DNA of 64,000 nt from Diplonema japonicum (lineage: Eukaryota; Protista; Euglenozoa: Diplonemea), in assembly GCA_964019335.1 (NCBI GenBank), contig OZ025666.1:124001-188000 (forward strand), read 5' to 3'. Below, in pieces: positions 44,192 through 53,871 of this stretch (the stretch's first letter is position 1; every line of letters starts with the position of its first letter). Under the pieces are notes generated by a model that did no database searches, had not been told where the DNA came from, and saw only the letters and a program-made list of their open reading frames with translations. The position numbers and the translations under genes are program-made.

Positions 44192-44291
44192 ATGATGAAA
44201 ATATATTCTGTCAGTGCTGGCACCAGAGCAGAGCTGCGGAGGGGTAGCACCCTTTGTGACCATGAGCACATTTTTAATATTCCGCTGCTGA
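44192..44291 (+). ncRNA. C1 box C/D snoRNA copy
   Basis: Boxes and guide intact. Confidence 0.85.
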
Positions 44292-44329
44292 AATAATAAA
44301 AAAGAAAATTGAGATATTTTTTCAAGACA

Positions 44330-44399
44330 CCACGGGGTGCAATTCTGCTGGGCCGAACGACCTCATGTTCCTCATCAGCGGGAAACACCCCGGAGATGG
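44330..44399 (+). ncRNA. H2 AGA-box snoRNA copy
   Basis: Matches 8176-8245. Confidence 0.82.
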
Positions 44400-44425
44400 G
44401 AGGAGGGGTTGTGAAGAAGGCGAGA

Positions 44426-44519
44426 ACAACGAGTGATGACCAACACGAGGCATTTGTCTGAACACCTTTTTGCGACGATTATAAAAACGTATTCTACCTT
44501 AACTTATCGCTGACGTTGT
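44426..44519 (+). ncRNA. C2 box C/D snoRNA copy
   Basis: Matches 8273-8366. Confidence 0.88.
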
Positions 44520-44578
44520 GTTGCCGAAATGGGGTATTGCTTTTGGTGTTTGTTTTTTTGTTTTTGAAAGAGAGGCGA

Positions 44579-44681
44579 ATGATGAGACACAAACCATGAC
44601 TCCAGACAGGTTGCGATGTGACAATCTCAGCCTCATGCTTGAAACCGATCGAGTCAAACAAGTGCAGGATCAACCACCTGA
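44579..44681 (+). ncRNA. C3 box C/D snoRNA copy (canonical box C)
   Basis: ATGATGA..GCAGGATCAACCAC-CTGA. Confidence 0.87.
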
Positions 44682-44799
44682 CTTTCCTTCTATTTCCTGT
44701 GTTGCTCATTACTTTGCAAGGTGCTTAGCTCTTCCTGATCTTCTTCAGGATTATTTTTCGAAAAAGCTGTGTAGGGAAGGAATGCGGGCAAAAAAACAA

Positions 44800-44873
44800 G
44801 GTGGTCACAGCTAGTGGCAGCCCCAGCGCCACCCTCCATGGATCTGACCACCCGTTCCGACTCACCCAGATCA
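44800..44873 (+). ncRNA. H1 AGA-box snoRNA copy
   Basis: One substitution, in the apical loop. Confidence 0.82.
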
Positions 44874-44926
44874 GATTGCGGAGTGTTCTATTTGCGTGTT
44901 TCGCTCAATTATTTGACGAACGGAAA

Positions 44927-45028
44927 ATGATGAAAATATATTTCTGTCAGTGCTGGCACCAGAGCAGAGCTGCGGAGGGGTAGCACCCTTTGTGACCATG
45001 AGCACATTTTTTTAAATATCGCTGCTAG
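44927..45028 (+). pseudogene. C1 snoRNA copy with lost box D
   Basis: Ends GCTGCTAG instead of GCTGCTGA. Confidence 0.6.
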
Positions 45029-45039
45029 ACAAATCTCAC

Positions 45040-46140
45040 AAATGAACTAAACCAATGACCACTCCAGGGAGCGCAGGGGGCAGGAACATGACAGAGGAGC
45101 CCAAGACATTGAAAGACTGCCGAGTACGATGCTAGCATTCAAGCACCTTAGCTGATCAGTGATATCATCGGGTGCGCTACTGCTTTTGGTGACGAGACAT
45201 TCGCCCACAGTGTCGGCTAGAGCAATGCAAGTAGTGTTCAGCACATAAGAGTTTAAGATATGATCACATTGCTGCACCCATAGCAGCACAGTGTATCTTG
45301 AAATACCTTTGCAAACCATGCGGTAGGTGTTTTCGCACCTCATGTACAGATATTTTTGTTTTTTATAGTATTACTTCCCTCCGTTACTTTGTTATACATC
45401 ACCACAGGCCAAGGCAGGATGTATAAGACCCAGCCAGTCAGCGCTGGTGGGTTCCTCCTGGCAGGGCATTCCCCTACCCAGATGGGTAGGGGTGTACACG
45501 GTTCGCCTTCCAAGGTATTGAGCCAAAGAGTTAGTTTGCAAGTGTCGTACTTGACAAGCGGTCAGTACACGACAGCGGGGGCAGCGGTTCACTTCTTCCA
45601 GGTAGCTGAGGAAGGGAACAGTGAGAAGAAGCGGTTGATCGTGTTGGTGGACAAGGCCACCTTTTCGGCCGACCTCGAGACCGCGATGAACAGGTGCGTC
45701 CTGATATCCAACATCAACGAGATATGGGTGAACAGGGAGCACATCCGTCCCCTTTTGGGCCCTATGACTGTTTTCGACACCTTTATACAAGATCTCTCCA
45801 TCGTTGACTTCATCCGTGTTATCCCATGTACCTTCCACCCTAGCGACCCTGCTAACCTTGTCTGCATGTACGAGTTAGAGGAGGGACAGCTCATATCGCG
45901 TAAGGCGAACTGTCGACCAGCGGCTCTCATGAAGGATGAAGGGATATTCACGAAGTCTGAGCATGATGATGGCCAGAACAGCCAGTTGGAAATCAAACGG
46001 CTTCAAGATATGCTGCAAAGGCAAACTCTTGAGCTTTTTGATGCAAGAACGCAGATCGAGCAACTACGTCACAGTTTGTCTCTAGCGGAGACAAGGAGTG
46101 CATATGCATACGGGGTGATGGAGACACACGGGGGGAACGC
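45040..46140 (+). pseudogene. Deletion-collapsed duplicate of ~47.1-51.5 kb (fragments of the dynamitin-like and SPAG6-like genes, then a 3'-truncated copy of the 50765 gene; ORF 45419-46228)
   Basis: Colinear fragments match ~47144-47202, ~49630-49690, ~49798-49846, ~50413-50460 and ~50670-51518. Confidence 0.85.
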
Positions 46141-46329
46141 GTTCTACCTTAAATTATCGGTGATGCTGTGTTGTTGGGTTGGGTTAGGTTGTGTGTTACA
46201 CTCCTCTTTTTGGGCCTCTTCCCTGTGATGGTGTGTGTTGAGGACACTGCATCATGATTATTATCCAGAAAAAAGAAGAAGAAAAAAAGAGAAGAGAGAA
46301 CAAACAAGCGTCCGACATAAACCTTTAAA

Positions 46330-46401
46330 GGTGGTCACAGCTAGTGGCAGCCCCAGCGACCCTCCATGGATCTGACCACCCGTTCCGACTCACCCAGATC
46401 A
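46330..46401 (+). ncRNA. H1 AGA-box snoRNA copy
   Basis: Matches 7920-7991. Confidence 0.85.
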
Positions 46402-46477
46402 CACTGTCAGAGAGAAGAAAATATTAAAGACCCGGATCATTCCGGCTAGTTTTGGGTAACGGGGCTAACCGAGAAGA

Positions 46478-46580
46478 ATGATGAGACACAAACCATGACT
46501 CCAGACAGGTTGCGATGTGACAATCTCAGCCTCATGCTTGAAACCGATCGAGTCAAACAAGTGCAGGATCAACCACCTGA
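46478..46580 (+). ncRNA. C3 box C/D snoRNA copy
   Basis: Similarity begins just before box C. Confidence 0.87.
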
Positions 46581-46716
46581 CTTTCCTTCCTTTCTGTTTC
46601 CTGTGTTGCTCATAAGATCAATACCTAGTGAGGTGCGTTGTGCATCAGGATCATGTTTCTGAAAATGCTATTTAGAGAGAAAAAAAAGAGAAAAACAAAA
46701 AGAACGTGGCCACCCT

Positions 46717-46812
46717 GTGATGATAATGCACTCCGTTTATCTTTGTAGGTTGGGACAACTGAGCACCTTGTGTGTTGAAGATGCTGCATCAGGATTATTA
46801 TCTAAAATCTGA
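46717..46812 (+). ncRNA. C5 box C/D snoRNA copy
   Basis: Box C, D' guide and CTGA kept; bases just before D differ. Confidence 0.8.
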
Positions 46813-46859
46813 AAAGGAAGGAAAGACCAATCGTGTGACGGAATTAAAAAAAAAAACAA

Positions 46860-46931
46860 GGTGGTCACAGCTAGTGGCAGCCCCAGCGACCCTCCATGGA
46901 TCTGACCACCCGTTCCGACTCACCCAGAATG
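46860..46931 (+). ncRNA. H1 AGA-box snoRNA copy
   Basis: Identity ends exactly after AGA (46926-46928). Confidence 0.85.
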
Positions 46932-46966
46932 TTCTATTTATGTGTTTTACTCGAACGAAAAAAGAA

Positions 46967-47065
46967 ATGATGAAAATATATTCTGTCAGTGCTGGCACCA
47001 GAGCAGAGCTGCGGAGGGGTAGCACCCTTTGTGACCATGAGCACATTTTAAATTATCGCTGCTGA
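46967..47065 (+). ncRNA. C1 box C/D snoRNA copy
   Basis: Boxes and guide intact. Confidence 0.85.
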
Positions 47066-47155
47066 AATTAAAAAAAAAAGGAGTGAAAAAAAAAAAAAAA
47101 AAAAAAAATGGTTTTCTCATAATAAACTAAACAAGTCATCCCAGGGGGCAGGAAC

Positions 47156-48049
47156 ATGACAGAGGAGGCTAAGACACTGAAGGATCTGCCGGGGTACGAT
47201 GCCTGTGGGCAGCATGTGTTCGAGTTTGAAGGTGAACCGTGGGTGGAGCCCGAGAAGGAAAAGGAAGTACATGTCGAGGAAGTAATAACAGAAGAGAGCT
47301 TGAAGCCAGAGGAGGCCAGCGCAGTATTCGAAGGCATGAAAGGTGTTGAGGAAAGGTGTGGTGTAGGGATGCTTAAAGAGCTGCTGGGACCTGACGAGAT
47401 GTCACTGGAAGAGATGCAGCACGAGATCACGGTGTTGCAAAACGAAGTGCTGTCGATGCTCGAGAAGGAGCAGCCTGTTGTGCAAGAGACGGTGGCTGAC
47501 AACAAGATGCTGCAGCAGAAAATCTCGGAGTTGAAAGCAACGGTTGGAAGCGAGGGCAAACCTTCTCAGACCCTCGTGAACATTGTGTCTAAGCTGGAGC
47601 AAAGAACAGCACTGCTACAAGAGCCAACGTTGAGGATGACGCTGGAGAGGGTGAGGAAGGCGACGGCTGCCATGGACGAAGTGATCAAGTTGGGCAAGAC
47701 TACCGACTTGCAGGCCTCTGTAGGCAACGGTGAGGAACTGAACAAGCTGCTTGAGGAGCTTCGTTCCAGAGACTCCGCTAGCGATCCCTTGCAGAACATT
47801 ATAGAACGTCTCGCAACGCTGCGCCCCATCCATGACGCCTGCGATGCGACCACCTCCCTCGTCCGCGAGGCGACTGCCCTGCAAGACGCTACCGATACAT
47901 CTCTCCAACAGTCCTTAGGGACGCTGCTGGCCCTCGAGGAGGACCTCCCCAAGCTCTCTAATCAGATATCTGCCAACACCCTTGCTATCCAAGCAAGAGC
48001 CGATCGATTGTCCAAGAACCTCAAACTCCTTGAAGACAGCAAGAAATAG
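47156..48049 (+). CDS. DCTN2: Dynamitin (dynactin p50)-like protein
   Basis: N-terminal DLPGYD..VFE and L.PEEA..F; C-terminal L.NIIERLATLRPIH; coiled coil. Confidence 0.65.
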   Translation: MTEEAKTLKDLPGYDACGQHVFEFEGEPWVEPEKEKEVHVEEVITEESLKPEEASAVFEGMKGVEERCGVGMLKELLGPDEMSLEEMQHEITVLQNEVLSMLEKEQPVVQETVADNKMLQQKISELKATVGSEGKPSQTLVNIVSKLEQRTALLQEPTLRMTLERVRKATAAMDEVIKLGKTTDLQASVGNGEELNKLLEELRSRDSASDPLQNIIERLATLRPIHDACDATTSLVREATALQDATDTSLQQSLGTLLALEEDLPKLSNQISANTLAIQARADRLSKNLKLLEDSKK

Positions 48050-48108
48050 CTGGTTAGTGTGCCTTCCTTTACCTTTTAGTCCCAACATGATGTCTCACAA
48101 CAGGAGCC

Positions 48109-49107
48109 ATGGGGTACAACTACGAGGATGCCATTGCACGGGACACTTCGGTCGAAGTGCAGGAGGGTGAGTGGGGCAAAGGTGTGCATGCGAAGAAAGA
48201 GGGGATAGAAAAGGGCGATGTGTTGTGGAAGGAAGCCCCCATGTTTGTTGGGAAGTGTAAGACCCTTGGGGAGACGTGCGGGTTCTGCTTCAAGCTAACA
48301 GGGAAGTACGAAGGAAAGACCCCTCTCCCTGCCCTGCCACCAGGATGCACCAAGGAGGCATTCGGCACGTCCAGTGAACTAGGGACACCAGTTCAGTGTG
48401 AGCATGGGTGCGAGTGGTACTGCAGCGAGGTATGCAGGCAGGCTGCTTGGTCAAGATATCACAAGGTGGTTTGTGGGGAGAAGTACAAGGATCTTTTGCA
48501 GCATTTAACCGAGAAGGAGAAAGTTGGGAACCAGCGGGTAGTGTCCTTGAAGATGCTATGTGCGTCGAAAGTGTGCAGCGAGGAGGTTGTGAGGGCACAC
48601 CTGGACAGGCTAGTGGAGCTTCCTGAGGGTTCTGATGACAGTGTACGAACGGAGTATGATGAAGATATTTTCGCACGATTCACAGCGTGCACGGAGGGCA
48701 ACTGGGAGGCTGAGCAGTACTTTAAAATGCTGAGCAAGATGAAGGCCAACGCTGTGGAGCTTGACTTGGGCTTGAGGCTGGACGAAGAAGACAAACTAGA
48801 GCCCGACACAGCTCCCGGAGCACGACGTGCCACTGGCATCTTCGCTCTGCAGGCCTTCGTGAACCACTCCTGCAGCCCCAACGGGCATCGCGTCTTCCAC
48901 AACGGCACCCTCCACTTCGTGGCGGTGAAGGATATTGCTCATTCCGCGCAGGTCGTGATGGCTTACGTGAACCCCTCCAACACTATAAAGGAACGCCAAG
49001 CCAAGCTCAGATCCCACTGGCACATCGCATGCACTTGCGAACGCTGTACAGCTGACACTTTAAAACTGATCCTCTTCAGGCAGCTACTCGGTAACCTGAA
49101 AAAGTAG
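48109..49107 (+). CDS. SET and MYND domain (SMYD-like) methyltransferase
   Basis: GKGVHA, CGFC, YCSEVC..AW..YHK..C, FVNHSCSPN, AY, CTCERC. Confidence 0.9.
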   Translation: MGYNYEDAIARDTSVEVQEGEWGKGVHAKKEGIEKGDVLWKEAPMFVGKCKTLGETCGFCFKLTGKYEGKTPLPALPPGCTKEAFGTSSELGTPVQCEHGCEWYCSEVCRQAAWSRYHKVVCGEKYKDLLQHLTEKEKVGNQRVVSLKMLCASKVCSEEVVRAHLDRLVELPEGSDDSVRTEYDEDIFARFTACTEGNWEAEQYFKMLSKMKANAVELDLGLRLDEEDKLEPDTAPGARRATGIFALQAFVNHSCSPNGHRVFHNGTLHFVAVKDIAHSAQVVMAYVNPSNTIKERQAKLRSHWHIACTCERCTADTLKLILFRQLLGNLKK

Positions 49108-49164
49108 TCATAGATAGATACAAATAGTTATTTAATACCACACTCCTTACCAAGCACCGCAGAA

Positions 49165-50679
49165 ATGACGCAAACAGATGCACAGATTGATGAGCTGTTC
49201 GAGGAGTTCGAGGTAGGCAAGGCGCAGTTCGTGCAGAGTGTGTCGGAGCTTGCGGCAAAACCGCAGCACGTGATGACCCTGCGAAGCAAGGGTGTAGTGC
49301 TTGCCTTAAGACCTTTGCTGGGCGATGCAAACGAGGCTATCCAACAGTCGGCGGCTTTGGCACTGGGACGCCTTGTGTCTGCAGATGTTGAGATGGCACA
49401 AGAGGCTGTTGATGCGGATGCTTTAAAGCTCGTGACAGTGGCCCTGGAGGACAAGGGGAGCTACTTTAAGAAGTCGGCAGCCTACATAATCCGCGCTATC
49501 GCAAAGCACTCCGAACGTCTCGCCCAGTCTTGCTGCGATGCAGGTGCCGTGCCCTCACTCGTCCACTGCCTCACTGACCCCGACATCGCCGTACGCGAAG
49601 GGTCTTCATGGGCTTTGGACTCCATTGCTAAACATTCAAGCAGCTTAGCTGATCAATTGATATCATCAGGTGCGCTGCCGCTTTTGGTGAAGTGTCTTGA
49701 CGAGACGGAGCCTGCTTTGACACGCGTCACCCTCAACACCTTGATCAGCGTAGGAAGACACTCCCCCACACACGCAGGGTGCCTCACCAAGGAAGGTGTG
49801 TCGGCTAGAGCAATGCAAGTTGTGTTCAGCACATTGGAGTCTAAGATCTCGCGCCTAGGGTTGCGGCTGCTGTCCACACTAGCAATGCACGGCACTGAAT
49901 ATGCAGAGATGGTTGTGGTCGGCGAGCTATTCCCCAGGGTGTACAACCTACTGCACGACGCCGATGAGCAGGTGAGGTACGAAACGGCACTACTGGTGCG
50001 CGAGGTAGCGAAGCACACGGCAGAATTGGCCTCCTTGGTGGTGCACACTGGTGGGCTTGGTGCGCTGGTCGCATACGGCAACGGGCAACCTGTAGTCGAG
50101 GCCCTGGGCTACATTAGCAGCCATGCTGACGGACTGGCGTGGTGCGTACTGGAGGCAGGCGGAAGTGGCATGGTGGTACGGGCTGTGTCCGACCTTAGCA
50201 AAGACGATGAGACGCGAACTGCTGCCGCATGGTGTCTACATAAAATAGGGAAACACGGCCCTGAGCATGCACGTGTCCTAACGAACCAGGGTGCCCTTCC
50301 TGCTCTGATGGACGCGTTCCTTGACGACGAAGCGCCTGACGACTTGAAGGTGAATGCAAAACTCGCCCTGAAAGCCATCATAGCTGTCTCGTATGATACA
50401 CGTTCGCTGGAGACATTGCTGCACCCCAAAGCACCGCAGTGTATCTTGAAATACCTTTGTAAGCAGTACGCAGCTATCCTTCCGGAGGACATCGCGGCAA
50501 GAAAGGAGTTTGTAGCAAACAGAGGCCTCAGTACTCTGCAGCGCATTGATGCCCCACCAGGATCAGAGCTGAGCGACGCCATCAGGCGGATCAACCAGTG
50601 CTTCCCGTCGGAGGTGGTCTCCTACTTCGACCCCAGCAGCACGGTTTTCGATACCATCGACTCGTACGTCATACGGTAG
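49165..50679 (+). CDS. SPAG6/PF16-like armadillo-repeat protein (divergent)
   Basis: QFVQSVSELAAKPQ..LRPLL.D...IQQSAALALGRL; AKHS repeats; INQCFPSEVVSYF. Confidence 0.85.
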   Translation: MTQTDAQIDELFEEFEVGKAQFVQSVSELAAKPQHVMTLRSKGVVLALRPLLGDANEAIQQSAALALGRLVSADVEMAQEAVDADALKLVTVALEDKGSYFKKSAAYIIRAIAKHSERLAQSCCDAGAVPSLVHCLTDPDIAVREGSSWALDSIAKHSSSLADQLISSGALPLLVKCLDETEPALTRVTLNTLISVGRHSPTHAGCLTKEGVSARAMQVVFSTLESKISRLGLRLLSTLAMHGTEYAEMVVVGELFPRVYNLLHDADEQVRYETALLVREVAKHTAELASLVVHTGGLGALVAYGNGQPVVEALGYISSHADGLAWCVLEAGGSGMVVRAVSDLSKDDETRTAAAWCLHKIGKHGPEHARVLTNQGALPALMDAFLDDEAPDDLKVNAKLALKAIIAVSYDTRSLETLLHPKAPQCILKYLCKQYAAILPEDIAARKEFVANRGLSTLQRIDAPPGSELSDAIRRINQCFPSEVVSYFDPSSTVFDTIDSYVIR

Positions 50680-50764
50680 GTGTTTACACACCTCATGTAC
50701 AGATATTTTTGTTTTTATGTTTCCCTCCGTTACTTTGTTACACAACACCACAGGCCAAGGCAGG

Positions 50765-51883
50765 ATGCATAAGACCCAGCCAATCAGCGCTGGTGGGTTC
50801 CTGGCAGGGAATTCCCCTACCCGGACAGGGCTGGGTGCAGGTGTACCTGGATCGCCTTCCAAGGTATTGAGCCAACGGCTTAGTTTGCAAGTGTCGTACT
50901 TGACAAGCGGTCAGTACACGACAGCGGGGGCAGCGGTTCACTTCTTCCAGGTAGCTGAGAAAGGGAACAGTGCGAAGAAGCAGAAGCGGTTGATCGTGTT
51001 GGTGGACAAGGCCACCTTTTCGGCCGACCTCGAGACCGCGATGAACAGGTGCATCTTGATATCTAACATTGATGAGATATGGGTGTACAAGGAGCACATC
51101 CGTCCCCTCTTGGGCCCTATGACTGTTTTCGACACCTTTATACAAAAGCTCTCCATCGTTGACTTCATCCGTGTTATCCCATGTACCTTCCACCCTCGCG
51201 ACCCTGCTAACCTTGTCTGCATGTACGAGTTAGAGGAGGGACAGCCCATATCGCGTAAGGTGAACTGTCGACCAGCGGCTCTCGACAGGGATGAAGGAAT
51301 ATTCACGAAGGCTGAGCATGAGGATGGGTTGCGGCGAGTACGGGAGAACAGCCAGTTGGAAATTACACGACTTCAAGACATGCTGCAGAGGCAAAAAGAC
51401 TCACAGATCCTTGAGCTTCTCGATGCAAAAACGCAGATCGAGCAACTTCGTCACAGTTTGTCTCTAGCGGAGACAAGGAACGCAGATGCACACGGGATGA
51501 TGGAGACGTACGGGGGGAATCCACTATTTCTTCCACACGAACGGGGGAGCGTCTCGCCCCCTCCCCTGCCCTCCGACCCGCCTCCTATCCCCCGCAAGCC
51601 TCTGCCTGCTTCCCCTGCAACGATCAATATCTATGCCGGGCCCAGAACCGACTATCCCCACCCCCAGAACCGCGCTGCCGATCTCGTCAACCGTCTCACC
51701 TCCGAACTCGACGCCAGCGCACGCTATCTTGACGGCCTCTCCAAGCCACGCCACCGACGGACCCCAACGAGACGTACTACTCCCAACAAGTCCTCTTCTC
51801 GCCCCAGGAAACCCGTGTCCACACCCCCCCGATTCCCCTCTCGGCTTTCGCCGCCTTCCAACAAGAAGTCTGGTTGGAGGTAG
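50765..51883 (+). CDS. Hypothetical protein (globular N-terminal domain, coiled coil, Pro-rich tail)
   Basis: Long ORF after CAG; paralogous to 45419-46228. Confidence 0.75.
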   Translation: MHKTQPISAGGFLAGNSPTRTGLGAGVPGSPSKVLSQRLSLQVSYLTSGQYTTAGAAVHFFQVAEKGNSAKKQKRLIVLVDKATFSADLETAMNRCILISNIDEIWVYKEHIRPLLGPMTVFDTFIQKLSIVDFIRVIPCTFHPRDPANLVCMYELEEGQPISRKVNCRPAALDRDEGIFTKAEHEDGLRRVRENSQLEITRLQDMLQRQKDSQILELLDAKTQIEQLRHSLSLAETRNADAHGMMETYGGNPLFLPHERGSVSPPPLPSDPPPIPRKPLPASPATINIYAGPRTDYPHPQNRAADLVNRLTSELDASARYLDGLSKPRHRRTPTRRTTPNKSSSRPRKPVSTPPRFPSRLSPPSNKKSGWR

Positions 51884-52004
51884 TTCCCTCTACCTCGTGC
51901 ACCGTACCTAGAGAGTATAGATATTGTAGATTAGTTTAGAGGATTATTTTGTTGCATACCATTGTCTTTTAATCGACATACCAAACAGACATTTTAATCA
52001 CTAA

Positions 52005-53351
<1,347 letters not shown>

Positions 53352-53871
53352 ACCCAACCGTATCTCTCTTTTTTTTTATTGAGGACTAGCAATAGCCACA
53401 TTTCCCCTTCTTTTTTGATATTTTTCTTTTTCTTTTTTTGTAACCCCCTCCCCATTCACCTGTGTTCCCCAAAATGAGTCGGTACCCCAACAAATGCCAC
53501 TACTTCTTTTACCAATAACATTCCACTATCAATATATTGGGTTTTATGAACTTGTAAACCCAATATATTGATAGTGGAATGTTATTGGTAAAAGAAGTAG
53601 TGGCATTTGTTGGGCTCCGCAAACAAATGAAAAAAAAAAAAAAAAAGAAAAAAAAAAAAAAAAAAATGTTTGTGTGTCTTTCCATTCCTAAAGAGTTGAT
53701 AGGCACTGCTCGAAAATTCTTCTTTTTTTTTACCCCCTTTTTTTTCTGCTCCATTTTCTCCTCCCCTCCCCCTGAAAAAAAAACAAGACCCAACCCCCCC
53801 TCCGAAAAAAAAGATTGTTCCTGAAAATGACAAAACAAACAATTCCATACAGGTGGGAAAAGAAATGGAAC

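Larger units (their letters stand above)
42507..47065 (+). repeat. snoRNA array 2 (same units, reshuffled and interrupted)
   Basis: H1 x5, C1 x5 (one without box D), H2 x2, C2 x2, C3 x3, C4 x1, C5 x2, plus decayed fragments. Confidence 0.92.

Noticed and set aside
43856-44296. 146-aa ORF and the overlapping minus-strand ORFs
   Set aside because: By-products of a GC-rich structured RNA; the base-pairing and P4 motifs explain the region better.
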